Source: an uncultured archaeon
GTDB taxonomy: Archaea; Thermoproteota; Nitrososphaeria_A; Caldarchaeales; Wolframiiraptoraceae
NCBI GenBank assembly: GCA_938083505.1
Contig: CALKCF010000007.1
Location: 46,056-110,055 of the forward strand
DNA length: 64,000 nt
Direction: 5' to 3'
The first letter of the stretch is position 1, and every line of letters starts with the position of its first letter. Below the pieces are notes generated by a model that was given only the letters and a program-made list of their open reading frames with translations, made no database searches and had not been told where the DNA came from. Shown here piece after piece: positions 20,187 to 29,820 of this stretch. The position numbers and the translations under genes were made by a program.

Positions 20187-21008
20187 ATGTCATGGGGAGG
20201 AAACTGAAGAATACATAAGGAGCGGTCATAGAAACACGGAAGAGTTTGAAGAAGGAACCTTCAGGACTGTAGACGTAGACCCAGAGCTGGGAATAAAGGC
20301 CATAATTGCCAAGCCAAAGGGAAAGGACAGTATGGAAGTCCAGAATTACCTCTTCTCGAAATCTAAGGGTTGGACGCTCGAGAAAGCCGAGGAGCAAATT
20401 GATAAGCATGTCGCTAGTGCCGAGTCGTTCAAATGGACCCTTAACGCATTCAAGGTTTACAAGGATTTAACAGAGTCAAAGGGTGCTAAGGTCTGGAAGG
20501 TCAGAGCGCTACATGTCGAAAAGACTAAGAATGGTACGCTTTTACCGAGGAGGAGCTGAGGCTGGCGGCTAGGAGCCTTGCTATGAGACCTGTGAATATA
20601 AACTACTCGAAGATGCTACACTTTCCAGAGAATTTTGTGATTACTGCCGATTATGAGAACGGTGTTGTCGAAGCGCTTATCTGGATATCGGACCCGAACG
20701 CGAATCGAATGATAGAATTAGGCGAGAATAAGCGGGGCAAGCGTGGAGTGGGTAGCAATGAACGCATTACCTGTCAATGACATAAAGCCAAGAGGTCTTG
20801 TTTTACAGGTTTGGCACTACTCACAAAAAATGTAGAACCAGGCGACCCGCTCGCAAGGATAATTAGGGAAGAATATGTTAAAGCAACCAAGGTTGGTTAT
20901 GAGTGCTTGCTAAAGAGCCCTGTTGCTAGGGCTATCCTGTCGAAATATGGATGTCCTAAATTGACAACGCTTTGTAGAAGAATTTCACAAAACATGGTCA
21001 AATATTAA
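20187..21008 (+). pseudogene. Prohead (capsid maturation) protease with N-terminal WEETEEYIRSGH domain, multiply disrupted
   Basis: Reconstructed MSW/EETEEYIRSGH..FRT..GIKA..WTLEKA; KNGT..EEL..AARSL..PVNIN; SVEW; FTGLALL..PGDP. Confidence 0.6.
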
Positions 21009-21016
21009 AAGGTTGA

Positions 21017-21134
21017 TAGCCCGGGCCGGATTCGAACCGGCGTCCGCGGGGCTCTCCTCCATCGATAAGATCCAGAGCCCGCGATCCTTAGCCCAGTATC
21101 TGACCGAGTGTTTTGGCCGCTAGACGACCGGGCT
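21017..21134 (-). tRNA. tRNA-Gln(CTG) with two introns (21088-21112 in D-loop; 21052-21071 at 37/38)
   Basis: AGCCCGG/CCGGGCT acceptor stem, GGTTCGAATCC T-arm, anticodon CTG at 21073-21075; removing 25+20 nt leaves a 73-nt cloverleaf; BHB-type junctions. Confidence 0.93.
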
Positions 21135-21174
21135 ATCAAAATAGAAATTTTCCTCGTCCTATTTCAGTTTTCCG

Positions 21175-21792
21175 TCACACCGTCTTCTTAAATATCGGTA
21201 ATATACCAAGATGAACGACATCGTCCCGCTTAATGCCCTCCAAGAGTATCGCCACCTTCTTCTCAACAATTCCGCCGACCTTTATAACAATCTCTTCCAT
21301 GGCATTTAGAGTCTGACCAGTGCTAACTATATCATCTATTATGCCAACCCTCTTCCTAGCAATCCTTTCTTTGTATCTTCCGTCTATACAAAGAATCAAC
21401 TCCTTATTGGACGTGATGGGTTTGTAAGACACGAATACTGGGTCATGCATGAATTGTTTAATCTCTTTCCTGCAAACCACGTAAAAGCTGTGGTTTAACA
21501 TGTTTGCCAGTTCATGAACGAGCGCTATGCCTTTGCTCTCGGACGTCATGAGAACATCGCACGTTAATAGATGTTTATAAAGCTCTTTAGCACAATGGTT
21601 TATGAATTCTTTATCGCCTAAGCTGTCAAAGTATGCAATCCAGGTGTCTGGAGATACTTGGACAAGGGGTAACCTTCTCTTGAACCCTTTTATCTCTAGC
21701 TCGTAGTATTCTTGCCCTTCATATTTCAACATATACGCCAATTCTTCCACCAGTTGTTTCTGAGGAATGTATGTGTATAATAAATTTTTCAA
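21175..21792 (-). CDS. Type I phosphoribosyltransferase (adenine/purine PRT-like)
   Basis: ESKGI, IIDDIVSTGQT PRPP loop. Confidence 0.85.
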   Translation of the reverse strand: MKNLLYTYIPQKQLVEELAYMLKYEGQEYYELEIKGFKRRLPLVQVSPDTWIAYFDSLGDKEFINHCAKELYKHLLTCDVLMTSESKGIALVHELANMLNHSFYVVCRKEIKQFMHDPVFVSYKPITSNKELILCIDGRYKERIARKRVGIIDDIVSTGQTLNAMEEIVIKVGGIVEKKVAILLEGIKRDDVVHLGILPIFKKTV

Positions 21793-21930
21793 GTAGGTCC
21801 CCGCCGCACACGATTTTCATACAGATAATCAAAATGGGTAAACAGATTCCTCTATTGAGTACGTAAACGTGATGTAAGAATTATTTGTCTGTCTATGTAA
21901 ACCTAACGGTTATAGCTCTGAATCAAAGCT

Positions 21931-23130
21931 GTGTGCCCCTTGATGGGAAATTATTCAGCGATCTTAAGCACAGATATACCTGACTCTTGGAAGTACGCAG
22001 GCGACGGCTGGGGCTCGAGCCTTCATAAGATATGTTCCAGAACCGGCTCGTTCCCTCCTGCCCTTGCCCACTATTTTGTAAAAAGGTACTCTAAATACGG
22101 TGACACAGTCCTTGACCCATTCTCCGGAAAGGGAACGGTACCACTCGAGGCATGCCTGAACGGAAGAATAGGTATAGGCAATGACCTGGCACCAGAAGCA
22201 TACGTTATAACGAGAGCAAAGGTGAATCCAGTTACTTTGGATGATGTAAAGGAATGGATATATAAGACAAGGGAAAAATGGAACCCAGAAAGCTACGACG
22301 TTGACGAAGTAAGCAATGATGTTCGCATATTTTTCAGCAAATATACACTAAAGCAGATATTAGCAATAAGGGACATGTTGATGGATGACGACTCAGACCT
22401 TGTAAACTTTATAAAGGCACTCATGTGCGGAATACTCCACGGCCCCACTAGGATGCATCTAAGCATACCGTGCTCCCACGCCTTTTCGATGTCCCCAAAA
22501 TATATACGGCGTTTTGTTAAAAAGAATGGCTTAAAGAAGCCCAAGAGGGATGTGCTAAAATGTCTACTTACAAAGGCTGAGAGGGTTCTAGCGGATGGTC
22601 TGCCGAGGGTTAGGGGCATAGCGACGTTAGAGGATGCTAGGAGGCTACCGCTTGAGGATGAGAGTGTCAACCTGATAGTTACGTCACCGCCCTACTTTAA
22701 CATGCAGACTTATGCTTGGGACAACTGGCTGAGGTTGTGGTTTTTGGGATACGACTATTTAGAGGTGAAGAGTAAGTTATTCCAGTCAGAATCGAAGCAG
22801 AAGTTTAAAGCTTTTATGTTCGAATCCTTGAGGGAAATGTTTAGGGTATTAAAGGATAACTCAGCCTGCTTCGTAGTTGTTGGTGACGTGAAGCTGAACG
22901 GCCACTACATCAATATGGCAGATATGATAGCGCCGATAGCAGAAAGCATAGGCTTTACGGTTGCTAGGCTGATTTCAGACTCCATACCGAAGTCGAACAA
23001 GCACCTCATGTACATAAAAGTGGATGAAGGTGTTAGCCAGGAGAGAATACTTGAACTTCATAAAGGTAATCCCGTACTGAACAACGAGCCTGTTGCTTGG
23101 GCCAAGGTGCCCGCGGAGGTTTTTGTATGA
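21931..23130 (+). CDS. Amino (probably N4-cytosine) DNA methyltransferase
   Basis: DPFSGKGT (motif I) then TSPPY (motif IV); start may be ATG 21943. Confidence 0.85.
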   Translation: MCPLMGNYSAILSTDIPDSWKYAGDGWGSSLHKICSRTGSFPPALAHYFVKRYSKYGDTVLDPFSGKGTVPLEACLNGRIGIGNDLAPEAYVITRAKVNPVTLDDVKEWIYKTREKWNPESYDVDEVSNDVRIFFSKYTLKQILAIRDMLMDDDSDLVNFIKALMCGILHGPTRMHLSIPCSHAFSMSPKYIRRFVKKNGLKKPKRDVLKCLLTKAERVLADGLPRVRGIATLEDARRLPLEDESVNLIVTSPPYFNMQTYAWDNWLRLWFLGYDYLEVKSKLFQSESKQKFKAFMFESLREMFRVLKDNSACFVVVGDVKLNGHYINMADMIAPIAESIGFTVARLISDSIPKSNKHLMYIKVDEGVSQERILELHKGNPVLNNEPVAWAKVPAEVFV

Positions 23131-24224
23131 TTCTGGAAACGCATGGGGATGTTTGCAGGCTGGGTTACATGAGGCTCATAGCATGTCTAGCTGAGGATGA
23201 CACACCAAAGAGCTTCGATTTCTTGGCATCCATACTTTACGACTTCGTGCACAGAATCGGGCCGCCGCAACTTCCAATAAAACCCGTAGGCATAATAACT
23301 AGGCCTGTAAACGCAAGGAATTACGTCTCAGTTGCTGCGGAGATGAACATACTGAATAGGAAAACTCAAACTTTAGGAGATGTTGGCAAGCTTTACGTGA
23401 GACTCGACTCAGCCGCTAAGTTTCTTGCTGAAAACAGACAAATTACGCATGAAGAACTTTTGACACTAAATTCAGTTGAGAAAGTGTTGTTGTTCGTTAC
23501 TTTAATCTTTGCAGACTTTCCGTTTTTATTGAATGTTATAATTTGGGCTTTAGAGCGTGAAGAGTTCACGAGAATGGAGGCGATGAACCACATGATGGAG
23601 GAGCTCTACCCTTCTGCTCTGAAGAACATTCTAACAAAGGTTGATGCGAGGAAGAGGAGCCTGATAGAGAAGGATATAACTGAAGCGGAAAACTTCAGGA
23701 CGAATAGGCTAAGCCTAAAGAATAAGAACGAATGGATAAAGAGCAGCCAGTACGCTAAATATAGACACATAGCCCCACCCAGATTGGAATGGCTTGTAGA
23801 TCTTGGGATTCTCAAAAGAGCTGGTAGGGGTAAGTATTCCGCAGATGAAGCATTCGTTAAATGTAAAGAGATGTTTGAGGGTTACTCTAAAGGTCCCATG
23901 AAGAGAATTGAGGAAGATATCATAAACGACATCGCACCGCTCTTGATTCCCGGCTTGGTGAAAGCTAGTAGGCTTGATGTGGCGAACATGATAATCGAGG
24001 CCTACAGGAGGTTTGCAGGTAGGGATAATGCTGTAAGTCTTACCATGCTAGAAAGGCTTTGCGTTTTCCTTTTATTAGAAAGGAAACTACTCTCAGCACC
24101 AAGTATGGTTCATGATGTATTCAACAACTTAGCCGTCAGATTTCCGGATAAGATGTTCGTACAAAAGGGGAAAACGGGCGGCGTAGAGGTTGTCATGATG
24201 AACATATCACCATCTGACCTATAA
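23127..24224 (+). CDS. Hypothetical helical protein translationally coupled to the methyltransferase
   Basis: ATGA overlap at 23127-23130; RLEWLVDLGILKRAGRGKY resembles a winged-helix end. Confidence 0.7.
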   Translation: MILETHGDVCRLGYMRLIACLAEDDTPKSFDFLASILYDFVHRIGPPQLPIKPVGIITRPVNARNYVSVAAEMNILNRKTQTLGDVGKLYVRLDSAAKFLAENRQITHEELLTLNSVEKVLLFVTLIFADFPFLLNVIIWALEREEFTRMEAMNHMMEELYPSALKNILTKVDARKRSLIEKDITEAENFRTNRLSLKNKNEWIKSSQYAKYRHIAPPRLEWLVDLGILKRAGRGKYSADEAFVKCKEMFEGYSKGPMKRIEEDIINDIAPLLIPGLVKASRLDVANMIIEAYRRFAGRDNAVSLTMLERLCVFLLLERKLLSAPSMVHDVFNNLAVRFPDKMFVQKGKTGGVEVVMMNISPSDL

Positions 24225-24326
24225 CACTGATGTTTTAGTGAGGGGTTAGAAGTAAATCCAAGACACGAAAAAGACTTATAACACTTAGCGATACACCTAC
24301 GTTCCGATCTGGAGGGATGCGCGGAT

Positions 24327-25538
24327 TTGGATTTCGATTTTTCTGAGGAACAGGAACTCTTTAGAAAATCCCTCAGGGAATATTGTCAAAAGAACTTGGC
24401 CCCAAGAGTTTTGGAGATAGAAGAGGACGGTAGGATACCCAATGATATAATCGAAGGTTTGGCAAACATAGGGGTACTTGTAATGACTGCATCATTAGAA
24501 AAAGGCGGTGCAGGTGCGGATGCCGTGACTGCAGGCATAGCAGGCGAGGAGATAGGTAGGGCTGACATATCCTGCGCCACGGCTGTCTTCTACCTAGTTC
24601 CAGCAGCATGGGGCTACATATTCGATAAGTATGGAGATCCCGAACTTTCGAAGAAAGTCCTTTCAAAAGTTGCAAAAGGTAAGGCATTCATCGGAATAGC
24701 GACCACCGAGCCAGCAGCAGGTTCGGATCTTGCCAACATAAGGATGACCGCCGTAAAGAAGGGTAGCACGTACATTCTCAATGGTGAGAAGCTGTACACA
24801 TCTGGTGTGAGAGAGGTGATGGAATTCCTGCCCGAAGGTGGTGGCTTCCTCACTTTGGCAAAGACGGACCCGTCTAAAGGAACAAGGGGCATGTCGCTGT
24901 TCTACGTACCGCTAAAGGAAGTTTCCGGAGAAGTTAGCATTACTTACCTCAAAGAGATGGGGAGGAAGGGTATATCGACCGGTGGTTTTTCATTAAAAGA
25001 TGTAGAGATTCCCGAGGAGAATATGATAGGGTCGGAGAACAGAGGGTTCTACATCTGCATGGAGGGCTTTGACTTTGCTAGGTCAATAATCTCAGTAGTC
25101 TGCTGCGGTGTAGCCATGTCAGCCCTTGAGATGGTGATGGACTACATAAAGCAAAGGGACGTATTCGGCAACCCGTTGGCTAAATATGAAGGTGTACAGT
25201 TTAAGCTGGCGGAAAATTATGCAAAGCTGGACGCCGTGAGACTTTTGGGATACAAAGCATTATGGATGTTCGACAAGGAGCAGAAGGAGGGGAAGTTCAC
25301 GAGGTTTGAGGTTACTAGGGTGGCGGCGGAGGCCAAGATGTTAGCACCGTGGGTAGCGTTCGAGGCGATAAACGACGCCATGCAGTGGTACGGGGCATAT
25401 GGTTACATGGCCGAGTGCCCACTTCAGATAGCATTAAGGGGTATAAGGTCGTACATGTGGGCCGAGGGGGCGACTGAGATAATGAAGATAATAGTGGCAA
25501 GGGAGCTGCTTGGCAGAGAGTACACAGCCTACAGGTAA
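24327..25538 (+). CDS. Acyl-CoA dehydrogenase
   Basis: TEPAAGSD, LNGEK, R..FG, YGAYGY, EGATEI. Confidence 0.95.
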   Translation: MDFDFSEEQELFRKSLREYCQKNLAPRVLEIEEDGRIPNDIIEGLANIGVLVMTASLEKGGAGADAVTAGIAGEEIGRADISCATAVFYLVPAAWGYIFDKYGDPELSKKVLSKVAKGKAFIGIATTEPAAGSDLANIRMTAVKKGSTYILNGEKLYTSGVREVMEFLPEGGGFLTLAKTDPSKGTRGMSLFYVPLKEVSGEVSITYLKEMGRKGISTGGFSLKDVEIPEENMIGSENRGFYICMEGFDFARSIISVVCCGVAMSALEMVMDYIKQRDVFGNPLAKYEGVQFKLAENYAKLDAVRLLGYKALWMFDKEQKEGKFTRFEVTRVAAEAKMLAPWVAFEAINDAMQWYGAYGYMAECPLQIALRGIRSYMWAEGATEIMKIIVARELLGREYTAYR

Positions 25539-25553
25539 AGTTAAGGATAAGGG

Positions 25554-26216
25554 TTGGATAAGGAAACTTTTGTTAGCATCATTAAATTATTATCTGAGCA
25601 CTATTGTGTTCAGTCTCCTGGACATCTAAATGTGCCGGACCCATTCAAGGTACTCATAGGTACAATACTTTCACAAAGGACCCGTGATAAGGTGACGGAC
25701 TTAGCCTTCAGCAGGTTCTTCTCGAAGTATAAGAATGTCGAGGAAGTTGCAAAAGCACCGCTTAATGATATAATACGTTTGATAAAACCCGTGGGTTTTT
25801 ACAGACAGAAGGCTAAGAGGATAAAGAAGGTTACAAAAATAATACTTGAACGCTACGGCGGACGAGTGCCAAGAAATAGAGAGCTCCTCATCGAACTTCC
25901 GGGCGTAGGTTACAAGACGGCCGATATCGTGTTATCACTCGCCTACAACGAGCCGGTCGTGGCAGTAGATACGCATGTTGAGACAATCTCCAAGAGGCTT
26001 GGAATAGCTAGGTGGAACGCAAAGTACGAAGAGGTAAGAAAGAGTATAGAGAGCGTCACACCACCGCATCTAAGAAGGATCGTAAACGGTGTGCTGGTTA
26101 AGTTTGGAAAGGAAATCTGTAAGAAACCGAGGCCGAAGTGCGAACTCTGTCCTATAAAAGTTCATTGCGAATGGTATAAAAGTAGGCACCCACTAACTAA
26201 CCTCAAAACTGCATAA
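25554..26216 (+). CDS. nth: Endonuclease III
   Basis: LSQRT, LPGVGYKTA HhH, VDTH, CX6CX2CX5C. Confidence 0.95.
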   Translation: MDKETFVSIIKLLSEHYCVQSPGHLNVPDPFKVLIGTILSQRTRDKVTDLAFSRFFSKYKNVEEVAKAPLNDIIRLIKPVGFYRQKAKRIKKVTKIILERYGGRVPRNRELLIELPGVGYKTADIVLSLAYNEPVVAVDTHVETISKRLGIARWNAKYEEVRKSIESVTPPHLRRIVNGVLVKFGKEICKKPRPKCELCPIKVHCEWYKSRHPLTNLKTA

Positions 26217-26295
26217 ATTGCATGGATATTCAAGATATTAACATAATTTGCCATCAAAGATATGTTTTAAGCTAACACGTTCTTTAGTCTATAAA

Positions 26296-27309
26296 ATGAT
26301 GAGACGGCTAAACATACTGATAATTGCAGTAGCCATTCTCGTAGCACTCACAATTGGAATTTTCTCTTTTTACATACCTAAGGAAGAGACTAAATATAGC
26401 ATCAAGATAGGCAACGTACCAGCAATAACATACGCACCGACTTACATAGCGATTAGTCTCTTCATGGACGATGTAGGTATAAATGCAACTTACGTAGCGT
26501 TCCCGAGCGGAACGAAGGCAAGAGAGGCTCTCATAACTGGCGAGATAGACTTTGCCTCACTATCAACAGTACATGTGCCTATAGCTAGACTTAAGGACAG
26601 GCCGTTGAAGATAATAATGTCGTTACACTCTCGGGAGATATTTTCATTAATGGTCAGGTCGGAGCTGAAGGGTGTTGTCAAAGAGGTTAAAGACTTGAAA
26701 GGTTTAAAGTTAGGCTTCTCAGCACCGGGCGCTGGAAGTTGGGCATTTGCCGTTTACCTATTAAGAAAAGCCGGACTCGAGCCCGGAAAGGACGTGGAAA
26801 TGGTAGCCGTCGGAGAACTTTCAACAATGTACTCGGCTCTAAAGGTCGGTAAGGTTGATGCGGTCGTAGCATGGGACCCGTTGACGACACAGTTGATGGA
26901 AACTGGTGAGGCTTACGCGCTAATCGATCTTTATGACGCAAAACAACACACGGAGTTATTAGGTGAAGAAGCGATGTCTCAAGTATTGGTTACTAGGGAG
27001 GACATGATATCCAAGAACCCTGAACTGGTCGAGAGGGTCGTTAAGGCCCATAAGATGGCGTTAGAGTTCATAAAAAAAGAAGATGCTAAGAAGGTGGCTG
27101 AAGTTCTTCAGCCATACTTCAAAGGTATGGACATAGCACTTCTTGAGAAGGTTGTGAACAGGATAAAGGAAGTCATACCCGAAGATGGTAGCTTAAGCGA
27201 GTCGGCCTATTATGCTGATATCATGCCGTTAATCGAGACCGGCGTTCTTGAGAGGAGCGTAAGCTTTGAGGAAGCCGTAGATTGGAGGTTCGTCGGTAGG
27301 AGACCGTAA
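26296..27309 (+). CDS. ABC transporter substrate-binding protein, NitT/TauT family
   Basis: N-terminal anchor, DLKGLK, GKVDA; start moved to ATG 26296. Confidence 0.88.
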   Translation: MMRRLNILIIAVAILVALTIGIFSFYIPKEETKYSIKIGNVPAITYAPTYIAISLFMDDVGINATYVAFPSGTKAREALITGEIDFASLSTVHVPIARLKDRPLKIIMSLHSREIFSLMVRSELKGVVKEVKDLKGLKLGFSAPGAGSWAFAVYLLRKAGLEPGKDVEMVAVGELSTMYSALKVGKVDAVVAWDPLTTQLMETGEAYALIDLYDAKQHTELLGEEAMSQVLVTREDMISKNPELVERVVKAHKMALEFIKKEDAKKVAEVLQPYFKGMDIALLEKVVNRIKEVIPEDGSLSESAYYADIMPLIETGVLERSVSFEEAVDWRFVGRRP

Positions 27310-27311
27310 TT

Positions 27312-28067
27312 ATGAATGCAGAATGCGTATCGATCGAAGGGCTGAGTGTGTCTTATTTATCATCGACGGGAAGGATTGAGGCGCTCCGTGACATATCGTT
27401 TAAAGTATACGATGGTGAACTTATCACGATAGTTGGCCCTAGCGGCTGTGGAAAGACAACGCTACTTAACGCCATTGCGGGTCTGCTAAATTTTCGAAAC
27501 GATGTGCTGATTAGCGGAAAGATATTCGTTAAGAACGCTAAGAGTATAGGGTATGTTTTTCAGAGAGATGCACTCCTTCCTTGGAGGACGGTTATCGAGA
27601 ATGTCGCGTTAGGTCTCGAGGTCAGGAACTTTCTAAAGAAAAAAAGAAAGGAGATAGCGCTAGACCTCTTAAAGATGATCGGGCTTGAGGATTACGGGAA
27701 TAAGTATCCACACGAACTTTCTGTGGGCATGAGACAAAGGGTTGCGCTGGCGAGGGCGATTGCCTATGACCCAGAGCTCATACTTATGGATGAACCACTC
27801 GGCTCACTCGATGCTCAAACTAGGATGACCCTTCAGGATGAAATACTGGCGATACATAAGAAGACGCGCAAGACTATGTTGATGGTTACGCATGATATAG
27901 CTGAAGCCATAATATTGGGCGACAGGATCCTTGTTATGAGCGGTAGGCCAGGTACTGTGAAGTCAGAGTATATTGTTAAATTACCAAAACCCAGGTCTGC
28001 ATTCAGTTCTAGACTCGACCCAGAGTTTAGTAGACTTTATGGACTCATATTAGATGATCTAAAATGA
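27312..28067 (+). CDS. ABC transporter ATPase, NitT/TauT family
   Basis: GPSGCGKT, LLPWRT, LMDEP, VTHD. Confidence 0.92.
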   Translation: MNAECVSIEGLSVSYLSSTGRIEALRDISFKVYDGELITIVGPSGCGKTTLLNAIAGLLNFRNDVLISGKIFVKNAKSIGYVFQRDALLPWRTVIENVALGLEVRNFLKKKRKEIALDLLKMIGLEDYGNKYPHELSVGMRQRVALARAIAYDPELILMDEPLGSLDAQTRMTLQDEILAIHKKTRKTMLMVTHDIAEAIILGDRILVMSGRPGTVKSEYIVKLPKPRSAFSSRLDPEFSRLYGLILDDLK

Positions 28068-28117
28068 AGATATGCAAATGAGTCAATCTGATCGCCTTGC
28101 CACGGAAGGCATGCATT

Positions 28118-28909
28118 ATGAAGCACTCGAAAAATAATTGGAAGTTTCACATAATACGTTTAATACTTCTGATAGCATTCTTACTCCTTTGGGAAGCTTT
28201 AACCGGCGGACTGCACCCATCTTTTTCACTATTTGACCCGTTTTATTCAAGCAGCCCGAGTCGTATTGGGTATGAGCTTTACATACTCTTCTTCCGAGAG
28301 AGCCTACTCAAGGATATGTTCATAACGCTTGGAGAGGCTTTTGCAGGCCTTGCCCTAGGTATGGTAAGCGGTGTTGTTTTAGGTCTGGTATTCGCTTACT
28401 CAAAGCTAATCTCTTTGCTGTTTGAACCGTTAATGTCGGCGCTGAACTCCATTCCAAGGCCAGCCCTTGCACCGCTCGTCATCTTCTGGTTTGGCATCGG
28501 AATCTTCTCTAAGATATTCTTGGCATGGTCACTCACGTTCTTCGTGATATTCTACAACACCTACCTCGGCATAAAATCCATAGACCCGGATATACTGAAC
28601 GTTATGAGGGTCATGAACGCTAGTAAGCTTCAGACTATACGGATGGTTATCTTACCATCTGTGATGTCGTGGATATTTGCAGGTCTAAGGCTAAGCGTAT
28701 CTTACGCTCTCATAGGTGCGATAATAGGAGAATTCGTCGGCGCAACTGCAGGCATTGGGTATCAACTCATATACGCCGAGGGGCTTTTGATGAGCGATAG
28801 ACTCTATGCATTGGTTTTGGTAATTGCCGTCATAGGTGCTTCACTCGCGGAAATCGCCAAGAGAATAGAAAGCAAACTCTTAAGATGGAAAACAGAAATT
28901 ATTCTTTAA
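28118..28909 (+). CDS. ABC transporter permease, NitT/TauT family
   Basis: PRPALAPL..WFGIG, GAIIGEF..GIG. Confidence 0.9.
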   Translation: MKHSKNNWKFHIIRLILLIAFLLLWEALTGGLHPSFSLFDPFYSSSPSRIGYELYILFFRESLLKDMFITLGEAFAGLALGMVSGVVLGLVFAYSKLISLLFEPLMSALNSIPRPALAPLVIFWFGIGIFSKIFLAWSLTFFVIFYNTYLGIKSIDPDILNVMRVMNASKLQTIRMVILPSVMSWIFAGLRLSVSYALIGAIIGEFVGATAGIGYQLIYAEGLLMSDRLYALVLVIAVIGASLAEIAKRIESKLLRWKTEIIL

Positions 28910-29763
28910 ACTATTGGTTTAACTTCTAAGCTAATGTCTATTGACCTAGCGGAGTGCGTAATCTCACCTATTGAGATTATGTCAACACCAGTTGTCGCGT
29001 AATCAACAACGTTCTCTTCAGTAATTCCACCCGAGGCTTCGAGTAACACCCTTTCCCTTAACCCAGTTGCCTCCAGCATTCTGACTACTTCTTTAATCTC
29101 TGGCGGCTCCATATTGTCAAGCATGATTATGTCGGCCCCTGCCCTTGCAGCCTCGAGTGCATCCCTTACGCTAGAGACCTCAACCTCAACTTTTACGGCA
29201 AAACTTGCGAGCTTTTTTGCCATCTCGACCGCTAGCCTAACGTCACCAATGACAGCTATGTGGTTATCCTTTATTAACACCATACTTGATAAATCATACC
29301 TATGAGTATCACCACCACCTACCTTTACAGCCTTCTTCTCGAAAAACCGTAAGCCTGGCAACGTCTTTCTCGTAGCTGCAACCCTTACCCTTGGGTTTAC
29401 TTGACGCACCTTCTCGACAACCCTTCGTGTATGCGTCGCCACACCGCACATATGTGCAATTAGGTTCAAGAGTACCCTTTCAATCGACAGCACTTTCCTT
29501 ATACTACCCATGAGCTCTAGTAGGGCCTCGCCCTTTTCAAAAGACTCCCCATCCTTTTTGATGAACTTAACATCGAGGCCCACCAGCTCGGCCAACCCCT
29601 TTGCTTCGTCACAACCGCACATCATACCCGACTCTTTTGTCACCACGGTCCCTTTACCTATCACATCCTCTGGAATTAACAAATCGCTTGTTATATCGCC
29701 CCAACCTAAATCCTCCTCGAGGAATCTAAGCAACTGTCCCCTTAAACTCATCATTGAGCTCAC
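28906..29763 (-). CDS. nadC: Quinolinate phosphoribosyltransferase
   Basis: ATRKTLPG, HR..LS..LIKDNH, EVEV, MLDN, EASGGI. Confidence 0.96.
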   Translation of the reverse strand: MSSMMSLRGQLLRFLEEDLGWGDITSDLLIPEDVIGKGTVVTKESGMMCGCDEAKGLAELVGLDVKFIKKDGESFEKGEALLELMGSIRKVLSIERVLLNLIAHMCGVATHTRRVVEKVRQVNPRVRVAATRKTLPGLRFFEKKAVKVGGGDTHRYDLSSMVLIKDNHIAVIGDVRLAVEMAKKLASFAVKVEVEVSSVRDALEAARAGADIIMLDNMEPPEIKEVVRMLEATGLRERVLLEASGGITEENVVDYATTGVDIISIGEITHSARSIDISLEVKPIV

Positions 29764-29820
29764 CTATCCCGTATGCCGTTAAACGAGAAAATAATTAAAA
29801 ATTAAGCCTTTGTAGGTCCA

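Larger units (their letters stand above)
16889..21008. mobile_element. Decayed provirus remnant (HK97-type head module) at the 3' end of tRNA-Gln
   Basis: Disrupted capsid, decoration, portal, prohead protease and regulator genes; flanking host genes are intact; no att duplicate or integrase seen. Confidence 0.75.
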
